Shown here: in pieces, positions 18,001 to 27,029 of the stretch
Layout of the letters: every line of letters starts with the position of its first letter
Numbering within the stretch: the first letter of the stretch is position 1
DNA from: Actinomycetota bacterium
GTDB lineage: Bacteria; Actinomycetota; Acidimicrobiia; IMCC26256; PALSA-610
Assembly: GCA_003134555.1 (NCBI GenBank)
Contig: PLBO01000116.1
Coordinates: 29,950-93,949 of the forward strand
Direction of reading: 5' to 3'
Length of the DNA: 64,000 bases
Translations under genes and position numbers: made by a program
Notes under the pieces: generated by a model
Told to the model about the DNA's origin: nothing
Databases searched by the model: none
The model's input: only the letters and a program-made list of their open reading frames with translations

Positions 18001-19371
18001 ATGACCGACTACGACCTGGTGATCGTCGGCGCGGGGTCCGGGAACATGCTCCCGTCCAAGGGTCTCGACGGTCTGCGGGTCGCGATCGTCGAGCGCGACC
18101 GGTTCGGCGGCACCTGCCTCAACCGCGGCTGTCTCCCTTCGAAGATGCTGGTGCACACGGCAGACGTCGCCGAGACGGTCCGCCGTGCCGGCCGCTTCGG
18201 GATCCGCGCCGAGCTGGTCGGCGCCGACTGGCCGGCCATCCGCGACCGCGTCTTCTCGCGTATCGATCAGGCGTCGGAGCACGCGGCTGAATTCCGGCGT
18301 CGCAGTGGGATCGATGTGTACGTCGGCGACGCCCGTTTCGTCGCGCCGCATGTGCTCGAGGTCGACGGTCACCAACTGCGCAGCGAACGAATTGTTCTCG
18401 CAGTCGGCTCGCGTCCGCGCGTTCCCGAGATCGTCGGCCTGGCCGACGTTCCGTTCCACACCACCGACACGATCATGCGCGTCGACGTGCTACCGGCGTC
18501 GATGTTGGTCATCGGGGGCAGCTACGTCGCGGCCGAGATGAGTCACGTGTTCGGTGCATTCGGTACCGAGATCACGATCGTGGAGCGAGAACCACGGCTG
18601 CTTGCCAACCTCGACGACGACGTGGCCCGGCGATTCACCGAGCGCTACTCGGAGCGATTCGATATCCGGCTCGAAACCAAAGTTGCGCGCGTCGAGCGAA
18701 CACCGCACGGCGTAGCAGCACACCTCGAAGGCGCGGCGGGTCCTGCCTTCGTCGAAGCCGAGACGATTCTCCTTGCCACCGGCCGGATACCCAACAGTGA
18801 CGTCGTCGATGTCGCGGCCTGTGGACTCGCGGTGGACGAGCCCGGTCACGTCATCACCGACGACACGTATGCGACGAACGTTCCCGGAGTTTGGGCGATC
18901 GGTGATCTCGCCAATCACTTCGAGCTCAAACACCTCGCCAACGCCGAGATTCGTCTCGTCCTGCACAACGTCCTGCACGCCGACGACACTCGCCGCGCCA
19001 ACTTTGCGGTCATGCCTTCGGCGGTGTTCGCCGACCCGCAGGTAAGCACCGCCGGGCCCACCGAGCGCGCGCTACGCGAGCAAGGGAAGCCATTCGTCGT
19101 GGCCCACCGCGACTACTCGGACACCGGATACGGGTGGGCGCTCGAGGACACGACCAGCTTCGTGAAGCTCATCGGCGATCCCGCGACGCGTCGCCTCCTC
19201 GCGGCTCACGTCATCGGTCCTCAAGCCGCGACGGTGATTCAGCCGCTCGTCCAAGCAATCTTCCTCGACAACACGGTCGATCAGCTGGCCCACGACGTTC
19301 TCTACATTCACCCGGCAATCACCGAGGTCGTCGCGCAGGCATTGTTGGAGCTGGTCCGCAGGCTCGCCTGA
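18001..19371 (+). CDS. mtr: Mycothione-reductase-like pyridine nucleotide-disulfide oxidoreductase
   Basis: Trimmed to the ATG at 18001. Sequence: MTDYDLVIVGAGSGN...GGTCLNRGCLPSKML (redox CxxxxC)...WAIGDLANHFELKHLANAE...YGWALEDTTSFVKLI. It appears collinear with mycobacterial Mtr from memory. Confidence 0.8.
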   Translation: MTDYDLVIVGAGSGNMLPSKGLDGLRVAIVERDRFGGTCLNRGCLPSKMLVHTADVAETVRRAGRFGIRAELVGADWPAIRDRVFSRIDQASEHAAEFRRRSGIDVYVGDARFVAPHVLEVDGHQLRSERIVLAVGSRPRVPEIVGLADVPFHTTDTIMRVDVLPASMLVIGGSYVAAEMSHVFGAFGTEITIVEREPRLLANLDDDVARRFTERYSERFDIRLETKVARVERTPHGVAAHLEGAAGPAFVEAETILLATGRIPNSDVVDVAACGLAVDEPGHVITDDTYATNVPGVWAIGDLANHFELKHLANAEIRLVLHNVLHADDTRRANFAVMPSAVFADPQVSTAGPTERALREQGKPFVVAHRDYSDTGYGWALEDTTSFVKLIGDPATRRLLAAHVIGPQAATVIQPLVQAIFLDNTVDQLAHDVLYIHPAITEVVAQALLELVRRLA

Positions 19372-19688
19372 ACGCAGACGCGCCGAGGGGGGTCGAGAGC
19401 GCCTGAACGGCGCTCGACTCCCCGGACGCGGTCGGCGACCGCGTCCCTTGCGGTCAGCATCAGGACGGGCGCCCAACATCCCGCTTCGCGCAGCGAACGA
19501 CAGACCTTGAAACCGTCCATGTCCGGAAGCATCAGGTCGAGCACGACGGCATCGAAATGCGCCTCGGTTGCGAGCCAGAGCGCGTCGGCGCCGTTCGCGG
19601 CGACATCGACGGCATAGCCGTTCTCGCCGAACCCACGACGCAACAACGACGACATACGAGGTTCGTCCTCGACGACGAGCAGACGCAC
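19308..19688 (-). pseudogene. Truncated OmpR-type response-regulator fragment (receiver beta1-beta4 only)
   Basis: MRLLVVEDEPRMSSLLRRGFGENGYAVDVAANGADALWLATEAHFDAVVLDLMLPDMDGFKVCRSLREAGCWAPVLMLTARDAVADRVRG is followed by unrelated sequence. That tail runs through the mtr terminator hairpin and overlaps the mtr 3' end. The conserved Lys (KP) and the DNA-binding domain are absent. Confidence 0.6.
19388..19423 (+). terminator. Hairpin terminator candidate after the mtr-like gene
   Basis: The structure gggg-gtcga(ga)gcgcc-tgaac-ggcgc-tcgac-t-cccc was read directly. It lies 17 nt after the stop at 19371. Confidence 0.5.
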
Positions 19689-19785
19689 GAAACGACGGTA
19701 GCGGCGGGAACATGTGAGTTCGATGAGAGCCGGCAGAGTCGGCGATTGGACCGTCGGACGAACCGTCAGGCGGAGATCACCGCAA

Positions 19786-20235
19786 TCAGGCAGGCGGGAG
19801 CTGCAACAGGAGGACGGTGGCGATCGCGCCGATACATACGACGTGGTCGCGCAGAATCATGTGGGCAAGCCGAGACTGTTGCGCGACGTCGTCCGCTCGG
19901 GACCCGAGTCGCACCGCGTTGGGGACCGTCCGGCGCGCCGCCAGCACAACGGCCCCGACCACGAGGGCGAGCGACAGCAACGCTCTCCAGGTCGGCAGGT
20001 CGTTGCGGACGAGCTCGCCGACGAGTGCGCCGATCGTGACGAGCATGGCCAGCACCACGAGCCGATTCATCGGTCGCGCGGTCGTAGTCACGCGCGCGTA
20101 GTACGCGGAGATCGATTCTCGAACCTCACTGGGGAGGTCGCGCTCCGGGTGGCCGCGAGCCTGGACGTCGAACATCAGGTCGAACCACAGCACCGCGAGG
20201 AGGAATCCGGCTCCGGAGCAAGCAATCGCGCGCAT
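19786..20235 (-). CDS. Hypothetical integral membrane protein (about 4 TM)
   Basis: 149 aa: MRAIACSGAGFLLAVLWFDLMF...LVVLAMLVTIGALVGELV...LLSLALVVGAVVLAA...VVCIGAIATVLLLQL. I recognise no family. Confidence 0.55.
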   Translation of the reverse strand: MRAIACSGAGFLLAVLWFDLMFDVQARGHPERDLPSEVRESISAYYARVTTTARPMNRLVVLAMLVTIGALVGELVRNDLPTWRALLSLALVVGAVVLAARRTVPNAVRLGSRADDVAQQSRLAHMILRDHVVCIGAIATVLLLQLPPA

Positions 20236-20441
20236 CTGCAGAGTCTGACTCGCCGGCGGGATGCGTCAACTACGCACGCGATCGCGCGATCCGTCCGATC
20301 GAGGCATCGATCATAGTCGGGACGCACTTGTTGGAGAGTCGTTGGCGAAAGTTCGCGACAGCTTCACGAGCAAAGTACGCCGCGTCGCGATCGTGTGCCG
20401 TAGCGTCGATATCCACGCCCGATCGAGCAGAGGAGGGCCGC

Positions 20442-21149
20442 ATGCGACAACTCACGAAACCACAGCGGCGCATCGACGCCGCGATCCGCATTGGACGACT
20501 GCCCTCGCGAGACGACGATGCAACCGCGACCGGCGGCGCGATCGGCACGGCGCCGACCTCGCGTGGCCTCGAAGAGCCACGCCATGTCGCCGAGGCGATC
20601 GAGCCGGTCGAGCGCGCCTTCGCCTTCCTCGACCTGTGCGGTTTCACCGCGTTCATCGCCACACACGGCGAGCACGCTGCGGTCGACACACTCAGCCGGT
20701 TTCGCACGCTGACGCGTGAGCTCACCGTGCGCCGCGGAGTCAGGGTCGGAAAGTGGCTCGGCGACGGCGTGATGATCATCGGCGTCGACATCGGTCCCAC
20801 CATCGCGACCGCGGCCGAGCTCATCGCCCGTTACGACGGGCGGCCGCTGGCGCTGCGGGGCGGCGTCGCCCATGGGAAGGTGCTCATCATCGACGGCGAC
20901 GACTACATCGGTCGGCCCGCCAATCTCGCCGCCCGCCTCTGCCAAACCGCACGACCCGGCGAGCTGCTCGCGGTCGGCTACCACGCATCCGTCCTGCCGA
21001 CCTGGATCACGGTGCACGGCACCCGCAGTGTCACGTTGCGCGGGATCGGACGCCTTTCGCGCGTCCAACAACTCGGTGTGGCCGCCGACGTCGAGCTCCC
21101 CATGCTTGCGGCGCCCGCCTCCCCCTCCGGCGGTCAACCGTCGGCCTAG
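20442..21149 (+). CDS. Class III adenylate/guanylate cyclase, single catalytic domain
   Basis: Trimmed to the ATG at 20442, after an AGGAGGG Shine-Dalgarno. Sequence: ERAFAFLDLCGFTAFIATHGEHAAV...GKWLGDGVMIIG...LRGGVAHGKVLIIDGDDYIGRPANLAARLC. Confidence 0.8.
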   Translation: MRQLTKPQRRIDAAIRIGRLPSRDDDATATGGAIGTAPTSRGLEEPRHVAEAIEPVERAFAFLDLCGFTAFIATHGEHAAVDTLSRFRTLTRELTVRRGVRVGKWLGDGVMIIGVDIGPTIATAAELIARYDGRPLALRGGVAHGKVLIIDGDDYIGRPANLAARLCQTARPGELLAVGYHASVLPTWITVHGTRSVTLRGIGRLSRVQQLGVAADVELPMLAAPASPSGGQPSA

Positions 21150-21207
21150 CGCACTCCGCGCACGACGACGCGCACCGTACGCGCGCGGCGAAGAATCCTC
21201 CGAGCGG

Positions 21208-23040
21208 TCACTGCGCGAGCGCGCGTATCTGCGCGTTGGCCGAACGGAGCCGCCGTGCGAGAAGTCGAGCCAGGTTCGTGTGAACGGTCCGGCCGATCGC
21301 CGGATACGTTGCCTCGAGTTGCGTCAGCGCGCCCAGCGACAGCGACGCAATCGTGGATCGCTCGTCGCACACCACGTCGGCCGAACGTGTCGCCTCGTCG
21401 AGCAGCGCCATCTCCCCGAAGGCGACGCCCGGTCCGAGCGTCGCGAGCCGCCGGCTCCGGCCGCCTCCTGTCACGTCGAGTGGGAGCAGCACACTGATCC
21501 GGCCCGAGAGCAAGAAATACATCTCGTCGGCGACTTCGCCTTCTCGAATCACGGTGGTTCCGGCTTCGACCGTACGGACTTTCACCGCGAGCTCGATCGC
21601 TGCGAGCTCGGCATCGTCGAGACCGGTGAGGAGGTCGAAGCGCTCGAGTGTCGCGTGAGTCTCGTGCTGCAGCGGAGTGCTCGAAGCACCGAGGAGCCGC
21701 TCCTCACACCACTCGAGCGCGGTATCGGCGTCGAGAAAGGTCATGGCCGTCTGCAGCTTCGAGCCGATACCACCGTCGGATCCGCAGACTGCGACGACGG
21801 TGCGCCCCGACCGGGCGAGCTCCTCCGCGAGCCGGTTGAGCACTGCGAGGGCGGGTTCGTCGAAGCCACTGACGTGCGTGAAGTCGACGATCACCAACTC
21901 GAGGCCGTCGATGTCGGCGGCAATGGTGCGATGCACCTTCTCCGCGGTCGCGAAGAACAACTCGCCTTGCAACTCGTAAAGGCCGAGAGCTCGACGACGA
22001 GTAGCAAGCGCGTCGTCCTGCGACACGGTTCGCACCCGACTCGACGCGATCTCGTCTCCGCGAAGCGTTCGTCTCACGACCGAATGCACGCCCGAGGTGC
22101 GACCCAACAGGTGAAGCTGCAGATCGTGCGACAATCGCTCGCAGACTCGGACACCACGGACACTGTTGCCCTGGTCGTCGAGCGGCGGTGAGAAGACGCC
22201 GATGCCCAGCTGACCCGGCAACACCGCGAGCACACCGCCCGCGACGCCACTCTTCGCGGGAAGACCGACGTTGTAGAGCCATTCGCCGGCGTTGTCGTAC
22301 ATCCCGCACGTCGACATCACGCTGAGGACGTTCGTGACATGTTGTGGATCGATCGCCCGCTCACCGGTGATCGGGTTCCGACCACCATTCGCGAGAGTCG
22401 CGCCCATGACCGCGAGATCACGGCACGTCACCAGTACCGAGCACTGAGCGAAGTAGAGGTCGACGATCTCGTCGACGTCGCTGTCGAGCATCCCGAAGCT
22501 CCGCATGAGCCACGCGAGCGCGCGGTTGCGGTCGCCGGTCGCCCGTTCTGACGCGAGGATCGTTTCGTCCAGCGTCAGGGGTCGACCGGCGAAGCGGCTG
22601 AACGTGTCGAGCATGCGCTCCAGGCGCTCGCTCGGATCGGTGCCCCCGATGAGCGCCGTCGTGACGATCGCGCCCGCGTTGACCATCGGGTTGAACGGGC
22701 GGCTGCTCCTCGGGTCGACAGTGACGGAGTTGAACGGGTTGCCGGAGGGTTCCACGCCGACGCGGCCGAGCACGTGATCTCGGCCCCGCTCCTCGAGCGC
22801 CATGCCGAAGACGAGCGGCTTCGAGATGGATTGGATCGTGAACGCGTGGCTCGCGTCACCGATGCCGAACACTTCTCCGTCGACCGTCGCAACCGCGATG
22901 CCGAACGTTTCCGGATCCGACTCGCCGAGCTCCGGGATGTACGTCGCGACCCGGCCACCGGAGTCGGGCGCGAACTCCTTATGGGCACGCTCGAGGATCT
23001 CCTCCAAAGGCGACGCCGCCACTCTCCGCCCGGTGATCAC
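21208..23040 (-). CDS. glsA: Glutaminase A fused to STAS and cyclic-nucleotide-binding domains
   Basis: 610 aa. The N-terminal part has VATYIPELG...FTIQSISKPLVFGMALEE...GNPFNSV...NAGAI. The middle part is STAS-like (ELFFATAEKVHRTIAADIDGLELVIVDFTHVSGFDEPALAVLNRL). The C-terminal part is cNMP-binding (IREGEVADEMYFLLSGRISVLL...GPGVAFGEMALLDEATRSADV). Confidence 0.9.
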   Translation of the reverse strand: MITGRRVAASPLEEILERAHKEFAPDSGGRVATYIPELGESDPETFGIAVATVDGEVFGIGDASHAFTIQSISKPLVFGMALEERGRDHVLGRVGVEPSGNPFNSVTVDPRSSRPFNPMVNAGAIVTTALIGGTDPSERLERMLDTFSRFAGRPLTLDETILASERATGDRNRALAWLMRSFGMLDSDVDEIVDLYFAQCSVLVTCRDLAVMGATLANGGRNPITGERAIDPQHVTNVLSVMSTCGMYDNAGEWLYNVGLPAKSGVAGGVLAVLPGQLGIGVFSPPLDDQGNSVRGVRVCERLSHDLQLHLLGRTSGVHSVVRRTLRGDEIASSRVRTVSQDDALATRRRALGLYELQGELFFATAEKVHRTIAADIDGLELVIVDFTHVSGFDEPALAVLNRLAEELARSGRTVVAVCGSDGGIGSKLQTAMTFLDADTALEWCEERLLGASSTPLQHETHATLERFDLLTGLDDAELAAIELAVKVRTVEAGTTVIREGEVADEMYFLLSGRISVLLPLDVTGGGRSRRLATLGPGVAFGEMALLDEATRSADVVCDERSTIASLSLGALTQLEATYPAIGRTVHTNLARLLARRLRSANAQIRALAQ

Positions 23041-23171
23041 CTACAAGGGATAGCGCGCGGACAGCACGTTCCCGCAGGCGTGCCGTTGAACATCTCGTCA
23101 CGTTCCGCTGTCCCCCAGCTGACACTCCGTGGTCGCGGGCGCGCCTCCGACTTTTCAGCAAGGAACTACTT

Positions 23172-24575
23172 GTGCAAATCGGCGACGCCTGTGCGACCAT
23201 GGGCGCCGTGCGAGCCCGAGCGACGACCTCCGACGGCGTGTGGGCGCCGGCGCGCCGTGGGCTGACCGTCGGACTCGTCTTCACGATCACCCTCGTCGGC
23301 TTCGAGGGGCTCGCGATCGCGACGATTCTCAAGATCATCGAAGACGATCTCCACGACATCCGACTCCTCGGCTGGGTGTTCAGCGCGTTCTTCCTCGGCA
23401 GTCTCTTCGGCGTCGTCGCCGCGGGGCGCGACGCCGACCGCCACGGGCCCGCCCGACCGTTCGTCATGGGTCTGGCGCTCTTCGCTCTCGGGCTCCTCGC
23501 CGGCGGCCTCGCGCCGAGCATGATCGTGCTCGTCGCGGCGCGGGCGATCCAGGGCATCGGTGCGGGTGCGATACCGGCGGTCGCGTACGTCGCGGTCGGA
23601 CGCGCATACCCCGCCGCGTCGCAACCGCGCATGTTCGCGGTGATGTCGACCGCGTGGGTGTTGCCCGGCTTGATCGGACCGGCCATCAGCGGCGTCGTAG
23701 CCGAGACCTTCGGATGGCGTTGGGTGTTCCTCGGATTGTTGCCGCTCGTCGCGCTCGCGGCCGTGATGACCACGCGTGCGCTGCTCGCGCTCGGTGCGGC
23801 GGGCGGCGAGGAACCGGTCGACAGCCGGCTCGATGCGTTGACGCTCGCGGTGGGCGCGGGACTCGTGCTTGCCGGCGCGTCGTCGCACTCGCTGGTCGCC
23901 ACGCCGCTGCTCGTCGTCGCCGGGATCGTCGTCGGAGCGCGCGCCTTTTTGCGACTCGTGCCATCGGGCACCCTTCGCTTTGCTCATGGCCTGCCGGCCG
24001 CGGTCGCCCTGCGCGGGCTCGCAACGTTCGCGTTCTTCGGCACCGACACCTACGTCGCGTACACCGTCACGCAGTGGCGCCACGCGAGCATCGCCCTGGG
24101 CGGAGCGGCCCTCACGGTGGCGACACTCACCTGGACCGCCGGATCGTGGATTCAGGCACACCGGGTGCGCCGGATCGGGCCCAGGACGTTCGTGCGCGTC
24201 GGGCTCTTCGTGATCGCGTGCGGGATCGGGCTCATGATCGTCGTCGCGCACGACAACGTACCGACGGCGACGGCCGTGCTGGCGTGGGGCGTGGCCGGAC
24301 TCGGAATGGGACTCTCCTACGCGCCGTTGTCGCTCGTCGTGCTCGCCGAGGCGCCCGAAGGCGCCGAAGGCACGGCCATTGCTGCACTCCAACTCTGCGA
24401 CACGCTCGGCGTCGCGCTCGGAGCCGGTGTGGCGGGCGCAATCCTGGCGGCCGGCGTCCCTCTCGAGTGGACACTCGGGACCGCGCTGACCGTCGCCTTC
24501 TCACTGTGCGGCGCGGTCGCCGTGTTCGCGGCCGTCGCCGCGAGGCAGTTGCCGGCCACGATCGAAGATCGGTAG
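23172..24575 (+). CDS. MFS transporter
   Basis: 467 aa with 12-14 predicted TM segments. Sequence: RDADRHGPARPFVMGLALFALGLLAGGLAPSMIVLVAARAIQGIGAG. The start is GTG 23172 or ATG 23199. Confidence 0.85.
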   Translation: MQIGDACATMGAVRARATTSDGVWAPARRGLTVGLVFTITLVGFEGLAIATILKIIEDDLHDIRLLGWVFSAFFLGSLFGVVAAGRDADRHGPARPFVMGLALFALGLLAGGLAPSMIVLVAARAIQGIGAGAIPAVAYVAVGRAYPAASQPRMFAVMSTAWVLPGLIGPAISGVVAETFGWRWVFLGLLPLVALAAVMTTRALLALGAAGGEEPVDSRLDALTLAVGAGLVLAGASSHSLVATPLLVVAGIVVGARAFLRLVPSGTLRFAHGLPAAVALRGLATFAFFGTDTYVAYTVTQWRHASIALGGAALTVATLTWTAGSWIQAHRVRRIGPRTFVRVGLFVIACGIGLMIVVAHDNVPTATAVLAWGVAGLGMGLSYAPLSLVVLAEAPEGAEGTAIAALQLCDTLGVALGAGVAGAILAAGVPLEWTLGTALTVAFSLCGAVAVFAAVAARQLPATIEDR

Positions 24576-24596
24576 TGACGCAAGGGCCGGCCATTG

Positions 24597-24610
24597 TATG
24601 CGGTCGCATA
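24597..24610. promoter_or_regulatory. 14-bp palindrome TATGCG-GT-CGCATA; candidate operator for the downstream operon, possibly the co-transcribed MarR
   Basis: Read directly. It ends 18 nt upstream of the ATG at 24629. Confidence 0.35.
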
Positions 24611-24628
24611 TATCTGTAGGGTCGCGGC

Positions 24629-25177
24629 ATGAGCTCGAACACGATCTGGGTCCGGCGACCGACGGCCCCGCCCGCCGGTGACGTGAGCGCCCCGACGTTC
24701 CGCCTCGAACGGCCGGTCGCCGGTTTGACAATCGGCCTGCGCACCGACCGGGCGTGGCGGTCGTGGCAGTTGATCTCGACGATCTGGGACGAATACCTGC
24801 GACGCGACGGCGCGCAGACGATCGCGGTCGAGACCGGCGCGCAGATCGGGCAACCGGCGTCGAGCGACCGCAAACAGATCAACGAGTTCGCGGGCCGCGT
24901 CGACGCCGCGATCGTCGGCCTCGGCACGTGCGGATCGTGCACCACGTTCACGATCAAGGATGCGGTCACGGTCGAAGAGCACGAGAAACCGGTCGTCGCC
25001 GTCGTGTGCGAGGAGTTCACCGTGCACGCGCACAACGTCGCCCGCCACGTGGGTCACTCCGCCATGAACGTGCTCGTGCTTCCGTATCCGCTGGAGGCAC
25101 GACCCGCCGAGGAGCTGCAGCAGATCGCGCGGGAGTACTACCCGAAGGTGCTCGAGCTCCTGGGCGTCACCGCGTGA
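24629..25177 (+). CDS. UGSC-family-like protein, Cys form (CGSC motif)
   Basis: 182 aa. It contains ...AAIVGLGTCGSCTTFTIKDAVTVEEHEKPVVAVVCEEFTVHA...VLVLPYPLE. The motif and layout match my recollection of the UGSC (seleno)protein family, with Cys replacing Sec. This was not checked against any database. Confidence 0.6.
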   Translation: MSSNTIWVRRPTAPPAGDVSAPTFRLERPVAGLTIGLRTDRAWRSWQLISTIWDEYLRRDGAQTIAVETGAQIGQPASSDRKQINEFAGRVDAAIVGLGTCGSCTTFTIKDAVTVEEHEKPVVAVVCEEFTVHAHNVARHVGHSAMNVLVLPYPLEARPAEELQQIAREYYPKVLELLGVTA

Positions 25178-26226
25178 CCCTCGCGAGCGAGCGCGTCGAG
25201 GTCCCCGCCGATCCTCGGGCGCAGTACGAGCTGTCGTTCCGCGAGCAATGGGGCGACGGAGTACCCCAGCTGCCGGCGACCGACGACGCGATTCAGGCGC
25301 TGTTGGACGCGTCTCCGTACCCGGCCGACCACGTCGTGTGCGTCCTGCCTCCGCGCAACGGCGTCGCGACCGTCGAGCTCGTCGCGATCAACGCCGCGCT
25401 GGCCGGAGTCGAACCGGCCGCGTTCGGCGTGGTGCTCGCCGCGCTCGAAGCGCTCTCCGAACCCGAGTGGAACGCGTTCGGGCTCACGACGACGACGTCG
25501 AGCGTCTTCCCCATGCTGATCGTGAACGGGCCGTGCCGCGACGAGCTCGGCATCGACTACCGCGCGAGCTGTATGGGCGGCGCGGCAGGCCGCGGGTCGA
25601 TGACCATCGGGCGCGCGGTCGCGTTGTGCCTGCGCAACATCGGCGGTCAGCGGGCCGGCGAGACCACGAAGTCGGTGTTCGGGCAGCCGGCGCGGTTCGG
25701 CTTCTGCATTGGCGAGTGGGAGGAGCGGTCACCGTGGCCCTCACTCGCGCAGCGACGCGGCTTCTCGGCCGACGACGACGTCGTCACCGTCCACGGCGGC
25801 AAGGGAACGTTCCCCATGGCCGACATCCACAACGACGACCCCCGCGACCTGCTCTATCTCATCGCCAAGAGCCTTGCGTACCCGCTCGCGAACATGTTCC
25901 TCGGCAACGTCGAGAACGGCGAAGTAGTCGTCGCGTTCAACCCCATGTGGGCCGAGCGGTTCGGCTCCGCGTTCCCCGACGTCGACGACCTCGCCGCGTA
26001 CCTCCGCGAGAACGCGTGGCAGCCCATCGACCTGTGGCCCGCCGCGAACGCCAAGCTGCTGCGCGAGCGAGGTCGCGTCGACGGTCACGATCGCGTGCAC
26101 CTCGTCGAGCGTCCCGACCAGATCGTCCCGATCGTGTGCGGCGGCCTCGGCAGCCTGCACGCGATCGGCCTGCCGAGCTTCGGTGAGAGCACGATGCAGA
26201 GCAAACCCGTCGTGCGCCGGGCGTGA
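25174..26226 (+). CDS. Conserved hypothetical protein, 350 aa, no recognised domain
   Basis: Trimmed from ORF 24754..26226. The GTG at 25174 overlaps the upstream TGA (GTGA). Codon usage is typical for the window and composition is non-repetitive (…LTTTTSSVFPMLIVNGPCRDELGIDYRASCMGGAAGRGSMTIGRAVALCLRNIGG…). Confidence 0.65.
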   Translation: MTLASERVEVPADPRAQYELSFREQWGDGVPQLPATDDAIQALLDASPYPADHVVCVLPPRNGVATVELVAINAALAGVEPAAFGVVLAALEALSEPEWNAFGLTTTTSSVFPMLIVNGPCRDELGIDYRASCMGGAAGRGSMTIGRAVALCLRNIGGQRAGETTKSVFGQPARFGFCIGEWEERSPWPSLAQRRGFSADDDVVTVHGGKGTFPMADIHNDDPRDLLYLIAKSLAYPLANMFLGNVENGEVVVAFNPMWAERFGSAFPDVDDLAAYLRENAWQPIDLWPAANAKLLRERGRVDGHDRVHLVERPDQIVPIVCGGLGSLHAIGLPSFGESTMQSKPVVRRA

Positions 26227-26483
26227 CGATGGACCCCGTCGTCGTGGCCGCGGCGGTCGACGAGCTCGCCGGGTTCCTCCGCGCCGACGGCGCCGACCTC
26301 TTGGTGCGGGAAGCCAACCCGAAGACGGCGCGCGTGCATCTCGCGCTGGTGCTCGACGGCGTCAGTTGCGCCGACTGCGTTCTCCCGCCCGACGAGCTTC
26401 GGGACACCGTCGCCGATGCCCTGCGCCGACGGATCGCGGACGAGTTCGAGCTCGTGCTCGACGACCCGCGCCGCGAGCTGTGA
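26223..26483 (+). CDS. NifU C-terminal (Nfu)-like small protein with a CxxC motif
   Basis: 86 aa. The GTG at 26223 overlaps the upstream TGA. Sequence: VDELAGFLRADGADLLVRE...VHLALVLDGVSCADCVLP, which matches the Nfu pattern (DGGD..., L.G.C..C). Confidence 0.55.
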   Translation: MTMDPVVVAAAVDELAGFLRADGADLLVREANPKTARVHLALVLDGVSCADCVLPPDELRDTVADALRRRIADEFELVLDDPRREL

Positions 26484-26959
26484 CCGGTCGGGCGACACCG
26501 ACGCGCAACGTGGATGATCCCCTTCCGAGCTGGAGCGCGCTCGTCAACGTGTACCAGTCGGTGCTTCACGACGTGGTCGCCGCGCTCGACGAGCAGGCCG
26601 GCATGGAATCCGGCGTCTTCTCCGCGCTCGCCTACCTCGAACGCGCGCAACCGCCGCACCGTTTGCCCATGGGCGAGCTGCAGCGCTCGATGTATCCGCG
26701 GTACAGCCAGCCCGGGTTCAGCCGCCTCGTCCAACGGATGGAGGCCGACGCGCTCGTCGAGCGCCGCCCCGATCCGACCGACCGCCGGGCAACGATCGTC
26801 GTTTCGACACGCGCCGGCCGCAAACAGTTCCGCGCCGCGAACGCCGTCTACGTCGCCACGCTTCGCACCGCCTTCGGTCGCCACCTCCGCGTCGACGACC
26901 ACGCCCGGCTCACCGCGATCCTCACCACCGTTTCGGGCCGCCGCGCGGGCAAGTCCTAG
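26480..26959 (+). CDS. MarR family transcriptional regulator
   Basis: This is the C-terminal part of ORF 26183..26959. The GTG at 26480 overlaps the upstream TGA; GTG 26510 is an alternative. Sequence: LPMGELQRSMYPRYSQPGFSRLVQRMEADALVERRPDPTDRRATIVVSTRAGR. Confidence 0.8.
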   Translation: MTGRATPTRNVDDPLPSWSALVNVYQSVLHDVVAALDEQAGMESGVFSALAYLERAQPPHRLPMGELQRSMYPRYSQPGFSRLVQRMEADALVERRPDPTDRRATIVVSTRAGRKQFRAANAVYVATLRTAFGRHLRVDDHARLTAILTTVSGRRAGKS

Positions 26960-27029
26960 CCTCGGAACCCCCCGAGAGGCGAACGGTCAAAGGAGTCACC
27001 GACGCCGCGCCTGCCCGCCCAAACGACGT

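Noticed and set aside
22979-24619. Long ORFs 22979..23971(-), 23129..24619(+) and 23166..24392(-) overlapping the MFS transporter gene
   Set aside because: Their translations are Arg/Pro/Ala-rich without hydrophobic periodicity or motifs. The 23172..24575 frame gives a clean multi-TM MFS protein.
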